Source: an uncultured Methanosarcinaceae archaeon (GTDB taxonomy: Archaea; Halobacteriota; Methanosarcinia; Methanosarcinales; Methanosarcinaceae). From it: DNA of 64,000 nucleotides. Shown here one piece after another: positions 33,760-45,573 of this stretch. The stretch is taken from contig CAVTET010000006.1 in assembly GCA_963733675.1 (NCBI GenBank), positions 128,001-192,000 on the forward strand, given 5' to 3'. Below the pieces are notes generated by a model. It did no database searches. It was not told where the DNA came from and saw only the letters and a list, made by a program, of their open reading frames with translations. The first letter of the stretch is position 1; every line of letters starts with the position of its first letter. A program made the position numbers and the translations under genes.

Positions 33760-35394
33760 ATGAAAGCTTCGGATCTTTTTGTCGCCCAACTTGAAGAAGA
33801 AGGCACATAGTATATTTTTGGAATTCCAGGAGAAGAAAACCTGGACTTTATAGAGTCATTGAGAATTTCAGGAATCAAACTAATCGTGACAAGGCATGAA
33901 CAGGCTGCAGCTTTTATGGCTACAACCTACGGAAGGCTGACAGGAAAACCAGGGGTTTGTTTTTCAACTCTGGGACCAGGAGCTACTAACCTAGTCACTG
34001 GCGTTGTCCAGGCACAGCTTATAGGAGCTCCTTTTATATCTATCTCCGGTCAAAAGGCACTGAATAACAACTGGCAGGGTCGTTTTCAGGTTGTAGACAT
34101 TGTCAGGATGATGGAGCCACTCTGCAAAAAGGCATTGACCATAACTGATCCAGGAATGATCCCTACAGTAATCCGAAACGCCTTCAAGCTTGCGGAAGCT
34201 GAAAGACCAGGAGCTGTGCATATCGAACTTCCAGAAGATGTGGCTGAGACAGAAACTGATGTAGTAGTACAAAAGAGAAGCGAAATGAGAATTCCTTATC
34301 CGAATTTAGAAGCTGTGAGAAAAGCTGCTTCTATGATCTGTGAAGCTAAAAGTCCCTTGATAATGGTTTCTTCAGGAGCTAATAGAAAAGGGATCCCTGA
34401 AGAGCTTGGGAACTTTGCCACAAAAACAGGCATTTATCTGGTACATACTCAAATGGGGAAAGGTGTTGTTCCTGATGATTGTATTTATAGTCTCTTTGCA
34501 ACCGGAATACATTCCAGAGATTATATAAACTGTGGAATCGATGGATCTGATCTGATAATCACTGTGGGCTACAACATTGCTGAATACCCTCCTTATCTGT
34601 GGAACGGGAAACTAGATAAAAGGATCATAAATATAGATTTCGTGGAATCCGTGCCTGACAGATACTTTAACCCTGCTGTAGAAATCATTGGAGATGTCAC
34701 CTCTTCAATCAGGGAACTTGCTGCAAGCATTCAGGAGAAACGGGAATTTCCTTTCTTTGAGAAAACCAGATATTTCATTGAGGGCAAAATAAATTCTAGC
34801 CCCCCTCCAAAATATCCTCCCTTGCCACAATCAGTAGTACAGAGTGTCAGAAAGGTGCTCGGAAGGGAAGATATAATCACATTGGACAATGGAATTTATA
34901 AGCTGTGGTTTTCTCGCCTTTACAAGACATATGCCCCCAACACTGTACTTCTTGATAATGCCCTTGCAGCTATGGGCGGCGGGCTCTCTGCAGGGATTAC
35001 TGCAAAACTTCTTCATCCTAAACGCCGAGTGCTAGCAATCTGTGGGGACGGGGGCTTTATGATAAACTGCCAGGAGCTGGAAACGGCAACACGTTATGAG
35101 ATTCCCGTAGTTGTTCTTATTCTTAATGATAATGCCTTTGGTTTTATCAAATGGGAGCAGAAAAAGATGAATTTTGAGGATTTCGGGTTGGATTATGGAA
35201 ATCCTGATTTTGCTCTTTTTGCGGAGAGTTTTGGAGCTGCAGGCTTTAAGGTTAGAGAAGGTGATGACCTTGCAGAAATTCTGGAGAGATCTTTTTCCCT
35301 AAATAAAGTAACTCTTGTCGAATGTCCTATAGATTATTCGACAAATTATGATAGCTTTTCGATAGAACTAAGAAGCCTTAAATGTGAATTCTAA
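33760..35394 (+). CDS. Acetolactate synthase large subunit (TPP enzyme) with in-frame TAG at codon 17
   Basis: MKASDLFVAQLEEEGT*YIFGIPGEEN continues in frame into ORF 33859-35394 (RHEQAAAFMA, TLGPGATN, GDGG...LND). TAG at 33808-33810. Confidence 0.85.
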
Positions 35395-35719
35395 TCCATT
35401 CTCCGCAGATGTACACAAAATGCCATAGTTCTTTACTCATCGTATAAAAAGGCGCAAAAAAAACGACACTTTAAGGGACTGTAAAAATATTCTTAATAGT
35501 TCTAAGCAAGTAATGATTCCAAACTATTGTTAATATTTATTGACAAAGTGCTAGCTGAAGCAAAAAGATGAGTTTTGATACAAAAGTGTTTAATTTAATA
35601 CAAATAATTCTTAAAATTAATAGTTAAAACTTTTGATAGTTACGATGTGGTGCAAATACGTCCAGATAACAAAAAAGTCTAATTCCAAAATATATACACT
35701 ATCCAACCTAACCTTAATT

Positions 35720-35920
35720 TTATGCTCCGTTAACTGTGAACGCTGCCCAATAATATGGATGGTGGAAATGCTTCTCTTCTGGAGATTATTTGGCCGTTTC
35801 AACATAGCATTTCCCGTATTGTTCTATTTTTTTCTTACTTTCGTCTTCTCATTCGCTTGAACAGTAGCATTTTTCCACATAATCCGCCACTTGGTGAGAA
35901 GTAAGGTCTCTAACCAAAGT
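35720..35920 (-). pseudogene. C-terminal relic of a CHAT-domain protein
   Basis: Minus strand: QLWLRDLTSHQV...PEEKHFHHPYYWAAFTVNGA*, the CHAT C-terminal signature, with stops. Confidence 0.65.
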
Positions 35921-36199
35921 TGAAAAACAAATCCCTGGTTTTCCGTATTTATTGTCTTTACGGTAAAAATCAATAATTCATAGATGAATAAAATACATTT
36001 ATGAAAAATATAAACATTTTTTTTCCATTGATTTTAAACTTAGAGGTAAATCACAGAAGGCAGGGAAAACACGCAAGAAAGTACACAAGTGAACAATTTT
36101 TCCAAGTTTTCCTTGGTCGTAGAATTTTGAGTGGCTTGAGTATAAGCAATTAATTTTGAATATACTTTATTCTTAAAAATACATTTAATTCGTAGCTTA

Positions 36200-37294
36200 C
36201 TACTTTTGAGTAATAATTGTGAGTATATCTTCATCCTGCATTTTATGGTCGAGTCCTACTCGCTGTCCGGGGTGTTTTGCGGAAGTACCCCATATCTGAG
36301 CATAACGGAATTTCCTGCGGAAATCTCGATGCAAGCGATCACAGATCTTACCTATATTGGTTCCGCTCATAACTATCAATGGTTCTTCAATATCTGCGAG
36401 CTGGCCCTGAGGTTTTAAATAGACTCGGATGAAACCGAGGCGATCATAAATTGCGTTTTTGAGGGTTTCGATGTTGATTCCTTCATGAGCCGAGATGAAA
36501 ATTGAGTTAGGGTACATAATTCTACATTCCTCAATCAGCTGAGGATAGCCCAAATCAACCTTGTTAATAACTATCAGCGACCTTACATAACTTCTATTGT
36601 TAAGGACGACATCAATAAGTTGGTCAACTGTGATATTTTCCCTTATAAGTACATTAGCATTATGTATCTTGTACTCATCCATTACAGCCTTGATAGTTTC
36701 CTCATCTAGGTCAAGGTCAATAGTTGAGTTGATCTCTATTCCTCCTCTATCTCTTTTCTTTAGAACCACATCCGGGATCTCTTCATCAACACGAATGCCG
36801 GCCTGATAGAGTTCGTCCATTAGTACTTCATAATGCTTGGGTTGGAATACATCGAGCAAAAATATAACCATATCTGAATTTCGGATAACAGAAATGACTT
36901 CTTTTCCTCGTCCACGTCCCGAAGATGCGCCTTTCACAAGCCCTGGGACATCGAGGAACTGGATTGTTGCTCCTTTATGCTCGAGAACTCCAGGAACAAC
37001 TGTAAGGGTGGTAAAGTCGTATGTTCCAACTTCTGACTTGGCATCCGTGAGTTTGTTAAGAAGCGTAGATTTTCCTACTGATGGAAAACCAACAAGGGTT
37101 ACAGTTCCATCTCCCGATTTTCTGATTGAATATCCATCCCCTCCCCCCTTTGAAGATGCTTTCTTTTCCACCTCGTCTCGCAAGCGAGCTATTTTAGCTT
37201 TCAACCTTCCTATGTGATGGGAAGTTGCCTTGTTGTACTGGGTCTTCCGAATTTCATCTTCTACTTCCTGTATTTGCTCCTGTATACTGCTCAT
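36200..37294 (-). CDS. DRG/Obg-family GTPase with TGS domain
   Basis: 'TQYNKAT..HIG.LKAK.A', GFPSVGKST, Y.FTTL, DVPG, NKVD, C-terminal TGS. Confidence 0.95.
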   Translation of the reverse strand: MSSIQEQIQEVEDEIRKTQYNKATSHHIGRLKAKIARLRDEVEKKASSKGGGDGYSIRKSGDGTVTLVGFPSVGKSTLLNKLTDAKSEVGTYDFTTLTVVPGVLEHKGATIQFLDVPGLVKGASSGRGRGKEVISVIRNSDMVIFLLDVFQPKHYEVLMDELYQAGIRVDEEIPDVVLKKRDRGGIEINSTIDLDLDEETIKAVMDEYKIHNANVLIRENITVDQLIDVVLNNRSYVRSLIVINKVDLGYPQLIEECRIMYPNSIFISAHEGINIETLKNAIYDRLGFIRVYLKPQGQLADIEEPLIVMSGTNIGKICDRLHRDFRRKFRYAQIWGTSAKHPGQRVGLDHKMQDEDILTIITQK

Positions 37295-38786
37295 CTGGAA
37301 CCTGCCGATTTATGGACTGAATAAATGATTCTCATATTGTCAGAAGAAAGAAACCACATAAAATGGTCTCTAAAAATCTATTTTGATCCAAAAACGATTC
37401 TTCATCTGATTATTTTATCCTGAATAGTTGAATTCAATATATATATCTATGGAATAATTTTATTTATTTATCCGAAAATGATATGAATATTCTGCCAAAT
37501 TTATATTTTTTAACAAGTATACTAATATTTGAAACTTATTGAAAAAGGAGCCTGAAGAAATATCATAGATAAAATTTATGTTATTGAACTTAAAAAAATC
37601 AATAACATTAAACCTTCTAACATCTGGTATTTGATTAGTTAATGTCCAAGGGATTTTCATGATAAATTACTGAGATAGTATAGGCTAGTATAATCATCAA
37701 GTAGATCGGAATTGTTATTTCCAATGCTCTAGATGTTGTGAAGGTTGGATACAAAATTAGGAGGAGACATGATTGAGACGCAAATCTAACAGCCTCTAGT
37801 ATGAGTCACAACTATCTTACAGGCTATGAGAAAGAGGAGTGTTGGAAGCTCCATGAGGAGAATGAAAGGAAAATAGTTATCGCTTTCTTGGTGAGCATAT
37901 AAGCTTAAGGAGAGGAATTTTCAATATAATCTCAGGCTCTAAGGATGATCTGTACCCAACAGTAGCCCAGGATATCATCAAAAATGAAGAAAATAAAAGC
38001 TAAAACTAAGGAGCATAGATAAATTTCAAAAATTTTCGATTCCAATATTTATCCGGCTCTCTACCCTCAGTTCTCACTTTTTATCCCGTTAGCTACCATT
38101 CATTTATATTAATTTATCATTCCAAAGTTTACTTATTCGATTTTACAATTCACTAATTTTTCAAGAATTTTTTTAACCTTAGTTTAGCAGTACAATTTCA
38201 ATTTGCTACGAGATCCAATCTTTTTGTCAAAAATCATTAAACAGCTTCTAAAATTTCATTAAAATTATCTATGAGTGTCAGTTTCCAATCATACACTCTT
38301 AACAAAAGTAAATATGTCTATCTTTTTTATCCCATTTTAACATTTTTACTATTCAATTTTGTAAACAAAATTTAATATTTTTATCCGTTATCCTGCAATC
38401 TATCAAATTCAATATCAAAAATTAGATCAAAGTTTAGGTATCAAATCTACTATATGCAATGGAGTATGTTTGGTCCACAGCTTTGTATACCACGGAATTA
38501 TCCGAAATCATATGTTTTCATTTAATGATACATAATTAGTACTATATTTACTTTGAAGGAAAGGAATGGTGACAGTTAGATAAGAGGAGTCCAAGTTCGA
38601 GAAGAATAGTATTCAAAAATGATCTGAACAAACATAATCAAAATATTTCCTTCTGAAATCGCGATAGGTAAATCTGTTAAGAAAAGCCTATTGAAAAGAT
38701 ATTGATCAAAAAATATTAGTTGGAAAAGCTCTACAAGATTTCATTTTCGTTCTATTTTCCGTGTTTATTCTTCTGTGCCTGGCCTT

Positions 38787-39665
38787 TTATTTGTTGATGA
38801 GTGTGCCTGTGCTCTGGGTTATTTTTTCAAAAGCTTCAGTCATCCTTTTTGTTAGAGGCCCTATTTTGCCTGTGCCTATTGATCTTCCATCAAGTTTGGT
38901 TAAGGGAGCAGCTTCCGCAGCTGTGCCAGTAACAAATATTTCATCTGCTGTGTAGAGGTCAAATAGGCCAAGATTTGTTTCGATGGTTTTGTATCCCATA
39001 TCGTCTAGAAGTTCAATCGCTGTTTCTCTGGTGATCCCTTTTAAGTTGCTGATTGTGAAGGGAGTGAATACTTTGTTGTTTTTGACAATAAAAATATTGT
39101 CTCCTGAGCCTTCGCACACAAAACCGTTTTGGTCCAGGAAGATTGCTTCCTCCCCTCCTTTCTCGTTGGCTTCTATCTTTGCCAGAATATTATTCAGATA
39201 GTTCAGAGATTTGATATTCGGAGATAAGGCATCAGGAGCATTTCTTCGGATACAGACGCTGACTCCTGTGAGCCCAATCTCATAAAGGTCACCATACATC
39301 GCGCCCCAGCCCTGGGCTATAACAATCACGCTTGGCTTTTCACATTTCCGGGGATCAAGCCCAAGATCTCCGACTCCTCTTGATACTATTGGGCGGATGT
39401 AAGCGTCTTTTAGATTGTTTTTCCTTAGGGTTTCAAGGATAATCTCAGTCATCTCATCCTTTGTGAGAGGGATATCCATTGCAATTGCTTTTGCTGAGTC
39501 ATAAAGCCTGTCAACATGCTCCTTTAACTTAAAGACACGCCCATTGTATGCCCTTATACCTTCAAACACACCATCACCATAGAGAAAACCATGGTCATAA
39601 ACCGAAACTTTAGCTTCGGATTTGGGAACAAATTTCCCATCCAAGTAAATCAGCAATTCAGTCAT
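38787..39665 (-). CDS. ilvE: Branched-chain amino acid aminotransferase
   Basis: '[16 protein letters not shown]', 'KSLNYLNNI', 'EGSGDN', 'L.GITR', 'GTAAE'. Probable start ATG 39665. Confidence 0.95.
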   Translation of the reverse strand: MTELLIYLDGKFVPKSEAKVSVYDHGFLYGDGVFEGIRAYNGRVFKLKEHVDRLYDSAKAIAMDIPLTKDEMTEIILETLRKNNLKDAYIRPIVSRGVGDLGLDPRKCEKPSVIVIAQGWGAMYGDLYEIGLTGVSVCIRRNAPDALSPNIKSLNYLNNILAKIEANEKGGEEAIFLDQNGFVCEGSGDNIFIVKNNKVFTPFTISNLKGITRETAIELLDDMGYKTIETNLGLFDLYTADEIFVTGTAAEAAPLTKLDGRSIGTGKIGPLTKRMTEAFEKITQSTGTLINK

Positions 39666-40191
39666 TTGCGAACAATCCTCTTCAATTTCACCAAATTTTA
39701 GATTGCATCTGTTTCTTGATATTTTCAATCTAACGTTATCTCTAACGTACAATTCTTACAGATAATTATTTTTTTCATTTATTCGCAGTACATAAGCTCT
39801 ATGTAGAATTTTTAACGGAATTCAAAGCTTTAGGGAATTTTCCATAACCAATAAATTCATACGTAACACACTGAATATGCGGATAGATACTAAATATATA
39901 TTACAATTTCGTTTCCACATAAATATTTTAACATCCTTTATACCCCACTTTCTGCAGATGTGAACAGAAATGTCATCTATTTTCTCAATATGACAGTAGC
40001 TTGAAAATTAATCCTTATTAGTCATTAGCTTGGAATGGAAAAGGTACGGCTCTTATAGATTAAATAAATTCAACGAAGCACTAAAAGCAACACATTTCTT
40101 AACGATAATAGTTAACCTAATATATATAAATAATATTTTTTAACAAGTTAATTGAAAAAATTGATCATATATCCAAAAAAAAATTAAGTGA

Positions 40192-40767
40192 TTATATCGC
40201 GGTAGATATTTTATGAAAAAATAGCTTGATATATCCTAGATAGGGAATCCTGTACTGTGCAGTTCCTATAATCCATTTGTCTTTTACAGGCATATCATAG
40301 CTAATCTGGCCTTCCTGGTCAAAGCGTTTGTTGGTTACAGCATTATCTCCCTTTGTTATATAGCCGGAGTATGGAGCAGAAGGACCCCCTTCCCACATAT
40401 ATTCTCCAGCTTCTACCCTATGCATTGCCCTATGAATAATTGGGGTTACACCCTCCAGACCATATGGACGGTAAAGAATCACATCTCCATAATTTTTAAA
40501 TGATTCATATCCCGCTTTTTTTCCTTCTTCATTCGTGATAATGTTCACTCTATCAATACTTTTAACAAAAATAATATCTCCTATCTGCATATGAGGTTCC
40601 ATACTCCCTGACTCTACTACAACCATTGGAGTCCAGAGCCCGAATACCAGCTTAGAAAGGGCCATAAAAATAATCAGGAAAGCTATGACCGACAAAAAAT
40701 CCTTTCCAAAGGAAACCCAGGTATTTTCCTTCCCCTGGGTACTGTTTTCATTTTCATTCGTGTTCAT
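40192..40767 (-). CDS. Signal peptidase I (archaeal Sec11/S26B type)
   Basis: TM helix, VESGSMEP, GD, PIIHR, TKGDN, IPYLG motifs. Confidence 0.93.
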   Translation of the reverse strand: MNTNENENSTQGKENTWVSFGKDFLSVIAFLIIFMALSKLVFGLWTPMVVVESGSMEPHMQIGDIIFVKSIDRVNIITNEEGKKAGYESFKNYGDVILYRPYGLEGVTPIIHRAMHRVEAGEYMWEGGPSAPYSGYITKGDNAVTNKRFDQEGQISYDMPVKDKWIIGTAQYRIPYLGYIKLFFHKISTAI

Positions 40768-41554
40768 AATCAGCCTTTATTTTTTTGATTCTATTCTTCT
40801 GTTGTTGCATCATTTTTCATTTGACCTTCGCAAATGAATATTTATTTGATCAAATTTATATGCTACAGCCTTTAGATTAATTGATACAAACTTCTGATTA
40901 TAGATGATTTCGATAAAGTTCAATTTTTGATTGGTTGTATATAACATATCTAAGTAATTTGTTCAAATCGGAGATTTATCAAAATTTTCTGTAATATATA
41001 TCATTTACACAGCTGAATCATATAATTAGTAGCTTAAGACATTAAATATTTAGAATTTATTACTTTTCACAAACTTGCATGTTCTTTATCTGATATCCAA
41101 TTGTATAAGTCCTATGAGTAATAAAATTAATTATTTATTACAGTACCTCAAGGATTTTTAATCGATAATTTTCAAAAGAATCTCCACTTTTTGTGTCTGA
41201 TTTAAAGATTTGAGTAACATATATGCATTATTCTCTGGATAAATATAGTAAAAGTAAAGAGAATTTTGATCAACCTCTGATTTTCAAGAGTCGTCTTATA
41301 CAAATCATTTATGAGCCTATGACAAAATTTAGGGGTTTATTGAAATCCTCTGGAAATTCGAAAGGAATGTGCTGATGAAAAATTGTATGAATATTAGGTT
41401 CAATAATTAAATTTTCATGAAAATAGCATTCCGGGAAAAAATAAAACCATGTCAGAAAAATTTTTGTATCGAAACTTACACAATCTGTCAGGAAATAATC
41501 ACAACATAGTTTTTCTTTCCCGCTAAACTTCAAAAATAAGTTGATAAATATTTT

Positions 41555-41785
41555 TTATCTTTTCAAAATTCCGACAACAGCAAAATTCGTAAAAATTTCA
41601 GGTCCATGGGGTGCTTCATCAATGGTTTCAGTGAGATCCTGTCCTGAATCATGGAGTCCCTGGTGGACGCCACCTTTCCATAAATAACTATCCGAGAGAT
41701 CATAAATTTGGCCTTTGTAAGCAACATAAACTTTTCCATTTTTCCCATTCATATCTGCAAGTTCTTCAAGTGTGTATTCATCCAT
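41555..41785 (-). CDS. Cytochrome b5-like heme/steroid-binding protein
   Basis: 'YTLEELA..NG......VAY.G.IYDLS.S.LW.GG.H...H..G.DLT.....APHG'. Confidence 0.9.
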   Translation of the reverse strand: MDEYTLEELADMNGKNGKVYVAYKGQIYDLSDSYLWKGGVHQGLHDSGQDLTETIDEAPHGPEIFTNFAVVGILKR

Positions 41786-41850
41786 TTCTAGATCTCCATT
41801 TTAATTTTAATATTATTTTACTTTTTGTTTATCTGCAGTCTCAGATACTA

Positions 41851-43986
41851 TCACACATTCAACATTTTCAACATTTCATTGACTTTGGTGGTTGGAAGCT
41901 GACATTCATAGTTCCTGCATACGTATGCAGTAGCCTTTCCCTCTATTGGCATCTGCATTTTAGTATATTCCGCAAGAGTTATAATTTCTGGGTCTCTGCC
42001 TTCTGGTCTGAAAACTAGCACCTTGTTAGGGATGAAATAGGTCCAAAGCTCTTCAAGCATATGTCCCGTATCAGCAGCCTCGCGCTTTCCGGCAATTACC
42101 ACTTCATATGCAGGACCTAATCTGAAGTCAAGGGCTGACAGGAACTGGGTATATCCAGATGGTGTTTTTCGGATCAATTTTGAAAACGCGCGTTCTAGAG
42201 CTTCAACTGTATCTTCCAGTTCAAGATCCGCAGTTATTCTGGAAAGCCTAAGAAGATTCGACATTTCTATTGAATTCCCAGATGGTAGAGCTGTGTCCGC
42301 AAATTCTTTTGTTCTGAAAATGAGTGATTCGCTATCATCAGCAGTAAAAAAGAGTCCACTATGTATCGGATCCCAAAAATGCTCCAGTAGTTCCTTATTT
42401 AGACAAAGGGCTGCTTTAAGATAGCGCAGTTTGAATCCTGCCTCATAAAGTTCAAGGAGTCCATGAATAAGGAATGCGTAATCATCGACAGTTCCAGAAA
42501 TACCAGCTTCACCATCTCTATAGCGGTGAAGCAATCTTTTGCCGGGATTATAAAGGGTTTTGAGGATAAAATCAGCAGCTTTCTCAGCAACCTTCAAATA
42601 TTTTTCCTCACCAAAAGTCTGAAAACCTTTTGCAAGAGCTGCTATCATAAGCCCGTTCCAATCGGTAAGGATCTTATCATCTCTCAAAGGTCTTTTACGT
42701 TTGTTTCGGGCTTCCAAAAGTTTCTCTTTAGCTAATTTTACCCGCCGCTCGATTTCATCTGTTGAAACTTTGAGTTCGGCAGCGAGGACGCCAAAAGGTC
42801 GGATCATATAAAGGATATTAGTCCCAATCTTTTTATCACTAACTTCTTCTTCAAAATTACCTGCTTCTTTCAAATTGAACACGTTTTTGATTAGTTCGGA
42901 TTCCTCAATACCAAGGACACTCCTTATCTCTTCTAATGTCCAGAGGTAATAAATTCCTTCTTCCCCTTCAACATCTGCATCTTCACCACAGTAAAACCCG
43001 CCTTCAATGGACGTCAGGTCTCTTAGCACGTAATCCATAGTTCCCATTGCCGTTTCTTTATATTTTTTTTTTCTGGTAACCTGATAGGCTTCTGTATATG
43101 CAGCAGCAATAAGAGCTTGATCATATAACATTTTTTCAAAATGGGGGACAATCCACATGTTGTCTGTTGAGTAACGATGGAAACCCGAGCCCAAATGATC
43201 CTGGATACCTCCTCTATACATGTTATCCAGAGTAAATTCCACCATGTTTAGTGCCTCAAGGTTCCCCATGCGCCTCCAGTAACGGAGCAAAAAGAATATT
43301 TTGTGCGGAGTCGGAAATTTAGGTGCCCTCCCAAAGCTCCCGTATTCATTGTCAAACGACTTCAGCAGTTCATCGTAAGCCTTGTCCATTATTGCTTCAC
43401 CCATTTTCTCTCCTGAAGACTCTGAGATCATACTCTGTATCCTTATTTCCTCTCCTGAAGACTCTGAGATCATATTCTGTATTGTTAAAGTGATCTTTTC
43501 AGCCGAATCAATCACCTCTTCATTCTGCCTGGTCCACATCTCCTCTATATTAGGCACGAGTTCTAGCATCCCTATCTGACTTAAACGGGATTTTTTGGGA
43601 ATATAAGTTCCTGCAAAGAAAGGCTTCATTTTCGGTGTCATAATTACACTAAGTGGCCAGCCTCCTCTTCCAAGGAAAATTTGACAAATTGTCATGTATA
43701 AGTTATCGATATCCGGTCTCTCTTCTCTATCTACTTTTACACAAACAAAAGCCCTGTTCATAAGTTTTGCTACTTCTTCATCTTCGAAAGATTCATGTGC
43801 CATTACATGACACCAGTGACAGGTCGAGTAACCAATTGAAAGAAAAATAGGTTTATTTTCTCTCCTGGCTTTTTCAAAAGCTTCTTCTCCCCAAGGATAC
43901 CAATCTACAGGATTATATGCATGCTGCAGAAGGTATGGACTTTTTTCATTGACCAAGCAGTTAGCTTTTCTATTTTCTGTTCCCAA
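41851..43986 (-). CDS. Thioredoxin-domain protein YyaL/SPATA20 (DUF255)
   Basis: '[19 protein letters not shown]', '[16 protein letters not shown]', '[11 protein letters not shown]', '[11 protein letters not shown]'. Confidence 0.95.
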   Translation of the reverse strand: MGTENRKANCLVNEKSPYLLQHAYNPVDWYPWGEEAFEKARRENKPIFLSIGYSTCHWCHVMAHESFEDEEVAKLMNRAFVCVKVDREERPDIDNLYMTICQIFLGRGGWPLSVIMTPKMKPFFAGTYIPKKSRLSQIGMLELVPNIEEMWTRQNEEVIDSAEKITLTIQNMISESSGEEIRIQSMISESSGEKMGEAIMDKAYDELLKSFDNEYGSFGRAPKFPTPHKIFFLLRYWRRMGNLEALNMVEFTLDNMYRGGIQDHLGSGFHRYSTDNMWIVPHFEKMLYDQALIAAAYTEAYQVTRKKKYKETAMGTMDYVLRDLTSIEGGFYCGEDADVEGEEGIYYLWTLEEIRSVLGIEESELIKNVFNLKEAGNFEEEVSDKKIGTNILYMIRPFGVLAAELKVSTDEIERRVKLAKEKLLEARNKRKRPLRDDKILTDWNGLMIAALAKGFQTFGEEKYLKVAEKAADFILKTLYNPGKRLLHRYRDGEAGISGTVDDYAFLIHGLLELYEAGFKLRYLKAALCLNKELLEHFWDPIHSGLFFTADDSESLIFRTKEFADTALPSGNSIEMSNLLRLSRITADLELEDTVEALERAFSKLIRKTPSGYTQFLSALDFRLGPAYEVVIAGKREAADTGHMLEELWTYFIPNKVLVFRPEGRDPEIITLAEYTKMQMPIEGKATAYVCRNYECQLPTTKVNEMLKMLNV

Positions 43987-44483
43987 TAAAATCCCTTCGG
44001 TTTTATTTCAGGTTTATATTCCTCGCAAGGTATACACTCTACCTACCAAGACTTCAAGTTATTAAGACATTCCTGGACAGGATTTTAACAGTTTATGAAT
44101 ATGAATTTTTACCCTTCGATTTTTCAGTAGGGTTAAGAAATTCTGAATCATATTATTTTCGAGATCTTGACTACAAGAAACTTTTCTATCTCTTACTTCT
44201 CCTCTTGAATATAGATACAGAATAGGTTTCTGTCCCGGCACATTTTCCTCTAGAGCTTCTCGTCTCAATCGAAATTCACTACCTTCCAGGCGATTAAATA
44301 TAAGTAAAATATATAACTTTTGTTTATGTATAAATTGATGGGAAAAAACATCAAGTATAGATAGAGTTTTTTCTTATTCATTGAATTGGAAAGCAGTTTC
44401 TGAATATGCAAGTATCATGAAAAACAGCGAAAAAACTAATCTAGCGGAATTTTAGCTGAAAGTTATTAATTTTTGTGGGGACT

Positions 44484-44925
44484 ATGGCAGAAGAACTTAA
44501 AGATAAGATCTACGAATAGCTTGCAAGTCATTATTATCTGAACCTTGCAACTGTGAGCCTGCAGGGTAGTCCAGTGGTCCATACAATGGCATACGTATCC
44601 AAAGATGCAAATCGTCTACATGGCAACCAATAAAGATGCCAGAAAAGTCCAGAATATTATGCTGAATCCACGTGTTGCGTATATAGTTGATGAGGACGAC
44701 CCAGATTGGTTTGGTATGCAAGTACTTCAGGTGGAAGGCAGAGCATCTATAAGTACTGATGAAAAGGAACTTCGTGAGGTTGGGAAACTGATGGCTGCCA
44801 AATTTCCAATTACTGCAGACATGCCTCCTGACCAGGATACTGTTATGATAAAAATTGATCCTGAAGTAATCTATTATCTGGATTACAGTATAGAGTTTGG
44901 CCACAGGGAAAAAGTAGATATCTGA
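44484..44925 (+). pseudogene. Pyridoxamine 5'-phosphate oxidase family protein, 5' end inactivated
   Basis: MAEELKDKIYE*LASHYYLNLATV...(frameshift ~44610)IVYMATNKDARKVQNI..NPRVA. Confidence 0.7.
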
Positions 44926-45129
44926 GACAAAAACAGAGTCTTTTTGCGATAACTGAGGAATTAAAAAGGAAAGGTAGATGAATATTATATAAATCTGGAT
45001 GTTCTTATTCAAGGATTGTTCTCTTAAGGTAAGAGTATTCTAATAAACTCCAAAGTTTGGTTTTTTGTTTGGAAAACATATATCTAAATTTTGCAAATTT
45101 TAGCGTTTATCTAAATATTCAATAGTAGG

Positions 45130-45358
45130 GTGGAAAATTAGTAAAAAACATATCATGAAATCAAAGATGAGAATATTCTAATGAGGCAATTAAATAGAAA
45201 AGACAATTCTATCTATTGCCAAAAAGAATTTTGGAGAAGTACTTCGGGCAAGAAATTTCCGTAATCAAGTCAAAGAAGTAAAACTTAAGCTAAAAGTCAA
45301 TCACGTAAATAAAAAAAATAGAACTAATTCGCATTGAATTAAGGATTTCTAAAGAGCC
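45130..45358 (+). mobile_element. 3' remnant of the same IS5-family element as 29218-30206
   Basis: 'KK.FGE.L.ARNFRNQVKEVKLK' and right end GGATTTCTAAAGAGCC. Confidence 0.65.
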
Positions 45359-45573
45359 TTACAATTAAAGAGCAATGAACTAGAAAAGGAGAAAGGGCTA
45401 AATACAGAAACCGAGAGAAAGCTATGGGCTGGATCCCCTCTAAAAAAATAGAGGGATATCAGAACCCTCAAGATCTTCCAACTGATTTTTGTCAAATTAC
45501 ATAGTTATCTTAAGTCGACTTTATTTCTAAGACTTTTAAAAGCAATGACCATAAGTCTCAAGCACCTTTTTTG

